Below, piece after piece: positions 16,557-24,890 of a DNA stretch of 30,237 nucleotides (its first letter is position 1; each line of letters opens with the position of its first letter). Made by a program: the position numbers and the translations under genes. The notes below the pieces were generated by a model. It saw only the letters and a list, made by a program, of their open reading frames with translations. It was not told the origin of the DNA and did not search any database. The DNA is taken from IMG/VR virus record IMGVR_UViG_3300044680_000064, positions 73,632 through 103,868 of that record. The stretch is one strand, 5' to 3'. Source of the DNA: a virus. Lineage: Duplodnaviria > Heunggongvirae > Uroviricota > Caudoviricetes.

Positions 16557-17085
16557 TTGACGGCCAGAACTTCGGATCATCGAACCAGACGACCATCTCG
16601 CTTTGATCCTTGATCTTAAACTCAACCCACTTCACAAAAATGCCTGCCACGAATCTGGCGTTGTCGTCGGGAATGACTTTGGCCGCAACCAATAAATCTT
16701 CTACGGCCTTAGTTCTGTTTCCGACATCCGCTTGCGGATCCCAATCGAGGCCGGGGTAAAGCAGCATGCACACGAGAACTGGATAGCTCGGTGGCGATGG
16801 CATGCCAAGAGCTATCGGAATCATCGAATCTCGCCACGCCTTGTATTCAGGAGTTATCCCGCGGCCTTTCCCTTTCTGGCCGGTCTTGCGGTTGTAGAAG
16901 AGCGAGTTCGAGCTGGGCGGCAGCTTGATCGTGATCGGCACTCGAAACATGGAAGGAATGCACGTCTCGCCATCCATGCGGCACGAAGCCGCGGCCTCAC
17001 CGACTATCGAGAATCGTCCTTCCGACGCCAGCTTGCGCAGCCCGTCCATCGTGCTCGGATGCTTCGTGATCTTCGGACGTCCCAT
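16516..17085 (-). CDS. rusA: RusA-like Holliday junction resolvase
   Basis: LPPSSN, YKAWR, DVGNRTKAVEDLL and IPDDN follow the RusA pattern PPS.N / D.DN..K...D.L / DD. Confidence 0.8.
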   Translation of the reverse strand: MGRPKITKHPSTMDGLRKLASEGRFSIVGEAAASCRMDGETCIPSMFRVPITIKLPPSSNSLFYNRKTGQKGKGRGITPEYKAWRDSMIPIALGMPSPPSYPVLVCMLLYPGLDWDPQADVGNRTKAVEDLLVAAKVIPDDNARFVAGIFVKWVEFKIKDQSEMVVWFDDPKFWPSTIPVSNQPQRLPA

Positions 17086-17087
17086 GC

Positions 17088-17399
17088 TCAGTCCTTGTGG
17101 TGTTTTGGAAGTGAATCGCCGGTCGCTTTGCGGTGGGCTTTGACAGCGCGGTGATAATCTGGAAGTTCGTCGTCAGTCAACCGCGTATCCCAGACGACAT
17201 CAACCAACCAACTATCGGACCAGTTCCCGATCGGGTCTCGCAAGCGAACAACTCTACCTTTTACGGCGAATTGCTCTGGTATCCAACGAATGGTGTACTC
17301 GCGCACGCCTGCGATAATTCCGGCCGACGTTTGCTGGACAGGGGTTGTTTGGCGAATCAGATGGCACTGTCGATAATAAACGATCTTGGCCATGCTCAC
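17088..17399 (-). CDS. Hypothetical phage protein
   Basis: Coupled to both neighbours (ATGA overlap, 2-nt gap); RWIPEQFAVKGRVVRL core. Confidence 0.7.
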   Translation of the reverse strand: MSMAKIVYYRQCHLIRQTTPVQQTSAGIIAGVREYTIRWIPEQFAVKGRVVRLRDPIGNWSDSWLVDVVWDTRLTDDELPDYHRAVKAHRKATGDSLPKHHKD

Positions 17400-17716
17400 G
17401 CCGCCTTTCTCGTTGCAGGAATATTCGGCGCCCCTTGCGCCAGCCGTTGATGATAGTAGTCGAAGGCTCCGAATAGCCGATATAAATCGCAGCCGATGAA
17501 CGACAGCGGAGTCTCAAGGACCATGCCGCGTTCCAAGGCGTCCTCGATCGCCTCTTCGCTCATGCGCCGCACGCTCTCGTGATCGCCGTGAATGACAGAC
17601 TTGGCCGCATGGCTAATCACGCTCATGTTCATGCCTGGTCCGGCGCTGAACTTGAACGGCTTGCGTTGCGACTTCCAAATTCTGTATACGTCCTGCTGAG
17701 GAAGTTCGTCGGCCAT
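17396..17716 (-). CDS. Hypothetical protein
   Basis: AAGGAG RBS before ATG 17716, preferred over 17749. Confidence 0.65.
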   Translation of the reverse strand: MADELPQQDVYRIWKSQRKPFKFSAGPGMNMSVISHAAKSVIHGDHESVRRMSEEAIEDALERGMVLETPLSFIGCDLYRLFGAFDYYHQRLAQGAPNIPATRKAA

Positions 17717-17761
17717 GTCGGCGCTCCTTGAGTGACAGATGGATGACATCAGTGGTCAAAT

Positions 17762-18760
17762 TTACACGAACATATTCGGCGTGACAAGGCTGATTCTCTT
17801 TTTCGACAGAGCGACTTGTGATTCGCGAAGGTCGCATGCTATACCGCGACGGCCATTCTCAATTGCCACGGCGACCGCTGTTCCGGAGCCAGAATGAGGA
17901 TCACAAACAATGCCGTCTGGAGGACAAAAAGATTGGATGAAGAAATTGGCCAAAGACTCCGGGAACGGGGCTTCATTCTCGTGGCACAATTCATTTCCCA
18001 TGACGCCGCCGCCAACGATGCAGCGTACTATCTCTGACTTGGCATCGTCGGCAATGTTGCACGAAATGAGAAGTTGGCGGACTTCGGCAAGCGTGTACGT
18101 CGTCTTGATTTCGTTGCCAGGATTCGCCTTCGCTGGCGGATCGTATCCCATAAACGCTTCTGGCTGCGGATTGTTCACAATATCTCGATCATGAGTTCCT
18201 TTGACCGAGCCATCATCAGCGTGCCGGAAGTTCTTTCTCTTTCCAGACGCGCTACGATTACTCATCTCTCCGCCTGGTGCGTATTTAGGCTTGCGCCCCA
18301 TCGCCGTATTGTTGCTCCAAGGAAACTTTCCTCCTGGTCCGGCGCAGATAATCCATTCATAGTCGTTACGAAGCCAGTCTGGACCGCCGCTGCCAGGAAT
18401 TCCGACCCGGCAGAAGAAAGGCGGTTTTCGTAGATGAACGCCACGCCGATGGAGATCAGCCATGAGTAGCGCTGGACTCGCGCTGTAGCGAAAATTCCGG
18501 GTCTGCCCTTCGACCACCCACGCCACGAGCCCGCGGCAGATGCGCAAGCATTCCACAAATCGTTCGACGCACCAATCAACCCACTCTTGATCCTTGAGCT
18601 TAAAATCAAGTTCAGCATACAAACGTGCTGATTCGTATGGCGGAGACGTGAGCACCATATCAACGCATTTGGCTGGAAGAGACTTCAACCAGACAAGATT
18701 GTTATCTTGTTCGACTGACCAGCGTGCCGAGCCATTCAGAACATCATGTGCTGTGCTCAT
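17762..18760 (-). CDS. DNA amino-methyltransferase, beta class (probably N4-cytosine)
   Basis: Catalytic motif IV LTSPPY near the N-terminus and SAM-binding motif I CDPHSGSGT near the C-terminus, plus RRGIACDL. Confidence 0.9.
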   Translation of the reverse strand: MSTAHDVLNGSARWSVEQDNNLVWLKSLPAKCVDMVLTSPPYESARLYAELDFKLKDQEWVDWCVERFVECLRICRGLVAWVVEGQTRNFRYSASPALLMADLHRRGVHLRKPPFFCRVGIPGSGGPDWLRNDYEWIICAGPGGKFPWSNNTAMGRKPKYAPGGEMSNRSASGKRKNFRHADDGSVKGTHDRDIVNNPQPEAFMGYDPPAKANPGNEIKTTYTLAEVRQLLISCNIADDAKSEIVRCIVGGGVMGNELCHENEAPFPESLANFFIQSFCPPDGIVCDPHSGSGTAVAVAIENGRRGIACDLRESQVALSKKRISLVTPNMFV

Positions 18761-19464
18761 TCGCCTTTCATCTCCCAGATAACATCCATCATCCGCAGTT
18801 TCTTAACCGCCTGCCGCGCCCACCATCTGGCCACGGTCTTGTGCACGCCGAATTCGGCAGCGATGTCCGTGTAGGTGCGCTCTTCCAAATAGCGCATCCG
18901 AGCTACCTCGCCAAGCGGAATCGGAAGACGATCCAAGATCGAGTCCACGTCAATTTTCTCGTCTGGTGCCGCGTCCATGACTGCCGGCTCGATGTAGTCG
19001 TGCCACGCCCGAGAGCCGGAGCAGCCATCTAGTTCATTTACGTCATCCATAACGTCAAGGCGTTGGACGATCGGATCGACATGCGTCTTGCATTTGTTGA
19101 CGAACGATGGCCCAATCTGGTGCCAGTTCTTGAACTCGTCCTGCATGTGCTTGAGGATGTAACTGGCGCAATAAGTCCCGAAGGACAGACCTCGCTCGAA
19201 CTGGAATCTCTGCGCGGCGACGACCATCCCGAACATGGCAGCGCCGGCAAGCTCTGTTGCGACCTCGTGGATATTGAGTTGTGGCCGTCCTTGTCTCATG
19301 AGCCGAGCGAACTTGTAGGCTTCGTCGTAGGCAAAGGCCATCCACTTGGTCACGAGATTGCTTCGCTCACTGGTGAGCGGGGTTCCGTTCTGTTCTTCGG
19401 TGAACTTGGAGTTAGGGTGAAGATTCATTTCTTTTGATCCCCTGGTTTGGAAGTTTCGGTCCAT
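18757..19464 (-). CDS. Phage-encoded sigma-70 family RNA polymerase sigma factor
   Basis: Region 2-like GMVVAAQRFQFERGLSFGTY and region 4 HTH LDRLP...RYLEERTYTDIAAEFGVHKTVARWWARQAVKKLR. An alternative start is at 19428. Confidence 0.8.
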   Translation of the reverse strand: MDRNFQTRGSKEMNLHPNSKFTEEQNGTPLTSERSNLVTKWMAFAYDEAYKFARLMRQGRPQLNIHEVATELAGAAMFGMVVAAQRFQFERGLSFGTYCASYILKHMQDEFKNWHQIGPSFVNKCKTHVDPIVQRLDVMDDVNELDGCSGSRAWHDYIEPAVMDAAPDEKIDVDSILDRLPIPLGEVARMRYLEERTYTDIAAEFGVHKTVARWWARQAVKKLRMMDVIWEMKGE

Positions 19465-19701
19465 CTACTTTCGCTTGATTGCTTTCCGAACAGCGAACGT
19501 CTGCGGCTTCTGGGCCTGCGTCAGCACTTCGTCCTGAATCTTCCGCACCACGTCGAGCGGAATCAGGCGTGCCCGATAATCGGCGAACGCGGCATCGACG
19601 CGAGCCTTCTGCTGCGCCGATAGCCTCTTTATGTGCTTGTCGCAGAGAAACACCGATCCTTCAATCGGCGTACCGCACTCGTTCCACGGACAGATACGCA
19701 T
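19465..19701 (-). CDS. Small hypothetical protein with C-x4-C / CxxH motif
   Basis: GGAG RBS; ICPWNEC...LCDKH. Confidence 0.7.
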   Translation of the reverse strand: MRICPWNECGTPIEGSVFLCDKHIKRLSAQQKARVDAAFADYRARLIPLDVVRKIQDEVLTQAQKPQTFAVRKAIKRK

Positions 19702-19703
19702 CG

Positions 19704-20891
19704 CTAAGCTCCTTGTTTGCCTTGGATTTCATCGAGCGCCGAATGCACATTGTCGCAGTCGCGATCGCCAAGAGATTCAATCTTTGGCTGCTCCTTCTGC
19801 TCTTCGCCCATGACGCCAGCCTGAATCATGGCCGAGGTCAGGTCTGCGGCCGTGATCTTTTCCTTGACGATACGGTTGTGCAATCCCTTTTGCGCGAAGG
19901 TGCGTTCGGCCTTCTTGCCTTTCGCCGGCTTGTCCGTCGCCGCCGGCTCGACGTGCTGAGTCTCCACGGGCTTGCCCGCACCAAACAAATCCGAGTTGTC
20001 CTGCGTCTGCGGCGGTTCCTGTTGCGCCGCTGCCTCCTGAACTGGCGTTGCGACCGTCTCCGGATCTTTGGGCGTTTCCTGCCGTTGCTCCTGCTGAGGC
20101 TCGTCCTGACGCTCCTGGACGGCCTCCGGCTGTGGCGATGGCTTATATGGCGTCTTGAAGCTGGTTCGCCCGACCGGAAGAGGCTCCGCTCGCGCCGTGG
20201 CCGCTTGCACCTGGCTGACGGCCGATTCGGCATCCTCGATAATGTCCTCCAGATACATGCCGCCGAGAGAATTCGGGAAGGCATGGCGCAATGCTTGCGC
20301 CTGCGCTACCTTGGCGATCATTCGGAATGGATTCGTCAGCCACACGCCGAATGGCTTCATGTAGTTCCGCAGATTCACGCGTGCTACGGAATGGTGCTCG
20401 ATACCCTTCTGGTACACTCGGCACCAACCGCCAAGTATGGTGTCGTTCGGCATCGTGAATTCGCCTTCAACGTCGATGACCTCATCGCCGCGCTGGACGA
20501 TCACGCCATATTCCATGCCGTTATAGCGCGGATGGACCTCCGCCCGCTTGATGAGAGCCTGGACGGCGGTGATGAGCGAGAACTCCGGGCCGTCCTTTGT
20601 GTCGTAGCCGACGATGTAGGCGTCGCCGATCCACGGGTTGAGCCCGCGGGACTGGCAGAGCATACAAAAACGAATGGCCTGAATGTCATCGCAAATCTTC
20701 CCCTGCTTGGTCGGCTTGCAGAGGAACTTCTTGACGAGAACGGGCGAGAGCTTGATCGGCTTCTCTTCTTGGAACGGCACGAATTCGACGGCCTTGTCGG
20801 GCAAGCCTTCCAGCCACGCATTGGCGTCGAACGATGGCCGCTCTGCCGCCTTGGCTTCGGTCGTCACGGTCGTCTTGTTTTGCGGGTTCAT
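19704..20891 (-). CDS. bet: Phage recombination protein Bet (RecT/Redbeta single-strand annealing family)
   Basis: GLNPWIGDAYIVGY, LGGWCRVY, WLTNPFRMIAKVAQAQALRHAFP..LGGMY; acidic Gln/Pro-rich linker and a C-terminal helical domain. Confidence 0.92.
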   Translation of the reverse strand: MNPQNKTTVTTEAKAAERPSFDANAWLEGLPDKAVEFVPFQEEKPIKLSPVLVKKFLCKPTKQGKICDDIQAIRFCMLCQSRGLNPWIGDAYIVGYDTKDGPEFSLITAVQALIKRAEVHPRYNGMEYGVIVQRGDEVIDVEGEFTMPNDTILGGWCRVYQKGIEHHSVARVNLRNYMKPFGVWLTNPFRMIAKVAQAQALRHAFPNSLGGMYLEDIIEDAESAVSQVQAATARAEPLPVGRTSFKTPYKPSPQPEAVQERQDEPQQEQRQETPKDPETVATPVQEAAAQQEPPQTQDNSDLFGAGKPVETQHVEPAATDKPAKGKKAERTFAQKGLHNRIVKEKITAADLTSAMIQAGVMGEEQKEQPKIESLGDRDCDNVHSALDEIQGKQGA

Positions 20892-21967
20892 TTTTTTGCT
20901 CCGATCTTGAGGACTTCGACGGTCTCTTCGGTCAACGCATTGGACTGTTCAAGCCGGCTCACGAGAGCCTTAAACGCGAGTCCCTTTTTACCGTGCGGCG
21001 TCTTCGCGGCGATGGCCTGCTCAACCTGTTTTTTGCTAATGGACAGTAGTCCATCAACTGTATCTTGCCCAAGTTCGTCCTGCAAGACGACTTTTGCCTT
21101 TTTGTAGTCGATCGGCCGTCGCGTCTGCTCTTCGATGTAGAGAGCCCCATACTTGCCGCCACGTGCCGCTGTCTCGGTACGCAGCGTTTCGATGAGTCGC
21201 TCGCAATCGGTCTTGAGCTGTCGCGCCTTATCGAGCACGTCGCCGGCTGACTCTTCGTCGATCCTGCCGGTGGATGACAGCCACGAATACGACGCGATTT
21301 GCGTCTTGCGGGCCTCGCACTCGAATACCCGCGGGCAGAACTTGCAATGCGGGCCGGTGACGTATTCTTGCGTAGTTTTCAGGTGCTTGCAGAGCCAAGC
21401 CCACCAATCCGCGAGCTGGTCGTGATCCAGCACTTCCAGCGTTTCGGCCGTTCCGGAGCGGACCTTGATGATGGACACTCGAACGGTTTCGACTTCCGGA
21501 TAGAGATTCATTACCAGTAGCGCGTAGCCCTTGAGTTGGTGCTCGAAGTCATAATCGCCGAACCCGGACTTCCAATCTGGGATTCTGGCTTCCGTTCCCA
21601 CGACGGAAACCAAGTCAGGATGGCCAGTCAATTCGACGCCAGCCAAGTCATCGACAAAATTCATGCCCTCCTCGACAATCGGATTCGGGAAGCTATTCCG
21701 CAACTCGTCTTTCCACAACACCGTTCCACGAGCCACGAGCTTTGCCAGTTCGTCGCGCTCGACCTGCCACTTGTCGGCGCATAGGTACGGATCAATTGCC
21801 TCCGGACCACCGCATTCCCAGTTTTTGATGCGTGCGGCCATGACCTCATGAAACGCGGAGCCAAGGTCGGCGTAGTCTCGCGGCGTGCCGATCTTGACCA
21901 GCGGCTCGATGGAGCTCGCGGCGCATGCGGCAAGTCTCGGTAAACTTGAGCAACGGATAGAGATCAT
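20888..21967 (-). CDS. Cas4-like / PD-(D/E)XK exonuclease with 1+3 Cys Fe-S motif
   Basis: SSL...C, GSAFH, GHPDLV, IPDWKSG, QLKGYA and HCKFCPRVFEC. It is adjacent to bet, in the position of lambda exo. Confidence 0.85.
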   Translation of the reverse strand: MISIRCSSLPRLAACAASSIEPLVKIGTPRDYADLGSAFHEVMAARIKNWECGGPEAIDPYLCADKWQVERDELAKLVARGTVLWKDELRNSFPNPIVEEGMNFVDDLAGVELTGHPDLVSVVGTEARIPDWKSGFGDYDFEHQLKGYALLVMNLYPEVETVRVSIIKVRSGTAETLEVLDHDQLADWWAWLCKHLKTTQEYVTGPHCKFCPRVFECEARKTQIASYSWLSSTGRIDEESAGDVLDKARQLKTDCERLIETLRTETAARGGKYGALYIEEQTRRPIDYKKAKVVLQDELGQDTVDGLLSISKKQVEQAIAAKTPHGKKGLAFKALVSRLEQSNALTEETVEVLKIGAKK

Positions 21968-21972
21968 GAGTT

Positions 21973-22128
21973 TTACTCCGTGACTTCTTTGAGGATAGCT
22001 CTCGTTCGTTCGACCAAATTAACGTATTTGCACCCGGCGTGATGCTCTTTCTGGTCGCGCCATTGATCGGCATCGTTGGCACAGTAAGGACAGTAGCGAT
22101 TCTCGGCAGCGTCCGAATCTCTGATCCG
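21973..22128 (-). pseudogene. Start-less reading frame encoding a CPYC...HHAGC zinc-binding C-terminal half
   Basis: 51 codons RIRDSDAAENRYCPYC...HHAGCKY...KEVTE ending in TAA just before the nuclease RBS. An in-frame TGA lies immediately upstream, with no start codon after it. Confidence 0.4.
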
Positions 22129-22161
22129 TCAAATTTTTCCAGGCTGGCATAGCATGAGCCC

Positions 22162-22294
22162 ATCAAGCAAAACAGCCGCCGCCCCCGGCGTAACCCTGCC
22201 AGGAGCGATGCGCGAGAGCGACGGCTGTTTCGATTGTTATTCATGCTGCGGTCCTGGCAGGGACAGATTTAATTTACAAAACTACCTGCTTGAT
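22162..22294 (-). ncRNA. Candidate structured RNA element (three helices, pseudoknot topology)
   Basis: AUCAAGCA/UGCUUGAU (8 bp), CCCUGCCAGGA/UCCUGGCAGGG (11 bp perfect) and AAACAGCCGUCG/CGGCGGCUGUUU (12 bp with one G-U). Confidence 0.4.
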
Positions 22295-22296
22295 CG

Positions 22297-23832
22297 TCAA
22301 GACTGACTGTTGACAATTTCTGCACGAAGCTCCCCGTCTGCGGCCTCGGCGGTATACACGAGAATGCCCTTTTCCTCCGCCCAAAGCGCAACCTTTTTTT
22401 TGTTGCCTGGATCGAGTTGCTCGTAGCAGTACTGCTCCAATGTCAGCTCCCCCAATTGGTCGCCTTGACGTTCGAAGGCCGCGCCAGCGATTGCAAGCGA
22501 GAGCATCGTTCTCTCTCCTGGGCTGAGGTCTGAGAATAGCGTCTTCGGCCCGCGCTCGCTCGGCGTCACGAGCCGCATCTTCTCGTTCACCTGCTCGATT
22601 GCCAGCGGCACGCCGCTCTTGGCCACGATGTCGGACAGTACGCGATCGGTTGCCTTGGCTGCGTCGCGGAATCGTTCGCTTTCTCTCTGGTGCTTCTCGC
22701 CTTCGATTTTGTACTGCTCGCCCAGTTTCTTCTGGCGCAGAGCATCTTCGATCACGCCGCCCATCTTGACGGCTCGCGTGGCGTTGTTGACGGCCGCTTG
22801 TGCGTTGGCGATGTCGTCGGCGGTGATGACGGACATGGTGCGAGCGTTGTCGTCGTTTATGGTCTGCTGCCACGAACGAATTGTTTTTTCGTGCTGTTCA
22901 GCCGCGGCCAGTTTCTGGATTTCGCGCTGAGCAATGTAGGTTTGTCGTTCCACCTGCTGCTTTGACAAGTCTCGTTTCTTCTGGGCGGCAATCACCTCAG
23001 TTTCAGCCGCTGCGAGCTCGTCTTCGAGAAGATGCAACAACTTCGTTTCCTCGAAAACGATCTTGCCAGCATCAGTGACGGTCGGACCAGTGTATTCGGC
23101 TTCTGCCTTCTGCAAGCGGAACTTCGCCAGCTCGATTTGCTCCGCGTGCTGCTTCGCCGCTTTCTGCTCCGATTCCAGCCGCTGCTTGTGCGCCACCGCG
23201 TCCGTTAGCCGCGTCTGGAGTGATGCGCTGTCGTGTTCGCCAGAGGTGTCGATTCCCTCGATCGCCTGCCGTGCGGCCTCGTGACGCGCCAAGAGATTCT
23301 TCGCCTCGTCGCCTTCCTTGCGGGCCTGCTGCTCCAAGGCCCGCTTAACGCGACTCGCCATGACCAAAATGTCGTCGGTGTCTTTGGCCGCAGGCCCGAC
23401 GTGTTTGTCGAACTCGGCAGCCCCGCCGCAGATTTCGTAAAAGAGCGATGGATCGGCAGTCGGGTATAGCAGGCTGATAATGGCCTTGATGCGCTTGGCG
23501 TCGGCCGCTTCCGGGTCGTCGATGCCTGGATCGATCAAGCTGCTGACCGAAAGCCGGCTCTCCAATGAATAGACGGTCGCTTCGCCACGAATCTGCGATT
23601 TGCGAGAGACAAGAAGAGTAACGCCAAAACCGTCGAATCGAGCTTCTCGCTCCCCGTCCTTGATCGGCACTTTCAGGTCTTTCTTGCCGGTCACGGCGCG
23701 GCCAAGAACATTGAGAGCATGGCTTTTACCAGAGCCATTATGACCTCTCAGCACACACAATCCGCCCCTCTCCGGAATCGGAATTCGGAGCGTGGCGATT
23801 GGACCGACGTTGGTAATAACTGCTTCATTCAT
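22297..23832 (-). CDS. SMC/Rad50/SbcC-like ABC ATPase with coiled coil and degenerate Walker B
   Basis: ITNVG start strand, Walker A GHNGSGKS, central coiled coil, signature LSPGE, LTLEQ in place of hhhhDE, then D-loop QLD. Confidence 0.85.
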   Translation of the reverse strand: MNEAVITNVGPIATLRIPIPERGGLCVLRGHNGSGKSHALNVLGRAVTGKKDLKVPIKDGEREARFDGFGVTLLVSRKSQIRGEATVYSLESRLSVSSLIDPGIDDPEAADAKRIKAIISLLYPTADPSLFYEICGGAAEFDKHVGPAAKDTDDILVMASRVKRALEQQARKEGDEAKNLLARHEAARQAIEGIDTSGEHDSASLQTRLTDAVAHKQRLESEQKAAKQHAEQIELAKFRLQKAEAEYTGPTVTDAGKIVFEETKLLHLLEDELAAAETEVIAAQKKRDLSKQQVERQTYIAQREIQKLAAAEQHEKTIRSWQQTINDDNARTMSVITADDIANAQAAVNNATRAVKMGGVIEDALRQKKLGEQYKIEGEKHQRESERFRDAAKATDRVLSDIVAKSGVPLAIEQVNEKMRLVTPSERGPKTLFSDLSPGERTMLSLAIAGAAFERQGDQLGELTLEQYCYEQLDPGNKKKVALWAEEKGILVYTAEAADGELRAEIVNSQS

Positions 23833-23869
23833 GATTGATCCCCTAAGAGTTATCGAACACAGTCAGCGT

Positions 23870-23898
23870 AAGATAATGATTACGTCGGAAGGAGTCAA
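23870..23898 (-). promoter_or_regulatory. Sigma-70-type promoter upstream of the ATPase-nuclease-bet genes
   Basis: TTGACT (23898-23893), a 17-nt spacer and TATCTT (23875-23870), 38 nt before the ATPase ATG. Confidence 0.55.
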
Positions 23899-23907
23899 CA
23901 TAAATCT

Positions 23908-24888
23908 TCAAGATTTTTGAAGGATTTCGGGAAATTCCCGAATGCGAAGATCAAGTGGCCATTCCTCAATGTTACCGCCATGACCATCGGCCAGACGGAG
24001 CGAGACGCGACCGTCAACGAACTCACCATGAAGATCGCGGCCGGCGACGCCATTCTCTTCGTCACTCGCCTTAGCCCCAAGTTGTTTGGTAAAAAAGGCG
24101 CATCCTTCGACGCTCTTGCATTGGTTAATGAGAGAGCGAATCCATTTCAATTCGCATGGCCTTGCGTTGCGGCCACTTTCGCCGCCGCACACCACAAAAC
24201 GGATTCCGTTCTTGCCGAGCCAGTTTAGGTGCAGGCCATTGTAATTGCCTTGCATGACGATTGGACCGATCAACGGTTCGGCGCTCACCCAAACGAGCCA
24301 TCCAGACCGCATCAATGGCGACGCGTCTGCCGCACGCCGATCGAACGTTGCCTGGTTCTCGGCAGAAAAGCCTGTCCAGATGTTGGCAAAAGGAAGATCG
24401 CTTCCATTGATTGCCGGCCTCTTCGGATTGTCGTAGCCCATGCGATGCTTCACAGCTTCATGGATGTGTTGATGGCGGTAGTAATCAGTCAGATAATCGG
24501 ACATCCTCTTCGCTCGCTTCGTTAGCACTTGGAATGTGTGCTGTTTGGCCAATGCCATCACTGCGAAGATTTGGTCGAGCCAGGTGTCCGAAACCCAATG
24601 CCCAAACAGATCGGTCATGCTGCAAGGGAAGATCATCGCTGGCTTTTTCCAGTGCAATGGCTGGGCGAGGACTCTCTCGTCGAGAAAGACCTCAATGTCC
24701 TCTGGCATCGGTTTGCCTTTGCCGGGAAACGTCGGCATTCCGAAGCGGCGTTGCATGGTTGAACTGTAGCAGTTGGCGCAACCACTCGAATCGAGTTCGC
24801 AGTAATGGCCGACAGCGCCCGTCTTCTTGTTGCGAGCTCGAATTGGGTTCCACGTTTTGTTTGTCCATTGAATGCTGGTGTCGCCCAC
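23908..24888 (-). CDS. Phage Gp37/Gp68 family protein (DUF5131, radical-SAM-like)
   Basis: TSIQWT..TWNP, C-x6-C-x2-C (CELDSSGCANC), SMTDLF, HTFQVLTKR, WVSAEPLIG, GGESG..ARP, FFTKQLG; GTG start with GGAGG RBS. Confidence 0.92.
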   Translation of the reverse strand: MGDTSIQWTNKTWNPIRARNKKTGAVGHYCELDSSGCANCYSSTMQRRFGMPTFPGKGKPMPEDIEVFLDERVLAQPLHWKKPAMIFPCSMTDLFGHWVSDTWLDQIFAVMALAKQHTFQVLTKRAKRMSDYLTDYYRHQHIHEAVKHRMGYDNPKRPAINGSDLPFANIWTGFSAENQATFDRRAADASPLMRSGWLVWVSAEPLIGPIVMQGNYNGLHLNWLGKNGIRFVVCGGESGRNARPCELKWIRSLINQCKSVEGCAFFTKQLGAKASDEENGVAGRDLHGEFVDGRVSLRLADGHGGNIEEWPLDLRIREFPEILQKS

Positions 24889-24890
24889 GA

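Noticed and set aside
19479-21107. 542-aa ORF on + strand
   Set aside because: It is an antisense shadow of bet and its neighbours, with Arg/Leu-rich composition, no RBS and no motifs.
20888-21967. Cas4-like gene as evidence of a CRISPR-Cas locus
   Set aside because: There is no cas1/cas2 and no repeat-spacer array; its position next to bet fits a recombination exonuclease.
21846-22244. 132-aa ORF on - strand as an intact gene
   Set aside because: It runs 122 nt into the nuclease gene out of frame and its C-terminal part is not protein-like. The better-looking coding signal is in another frame.
22162-22260. Hammerhead ribozyme (CGAAAC plus a GUH-like end on one helix)
   Set aside because: The CUGAnGA core and stem II are absent; kept only as an unclassified structured element.
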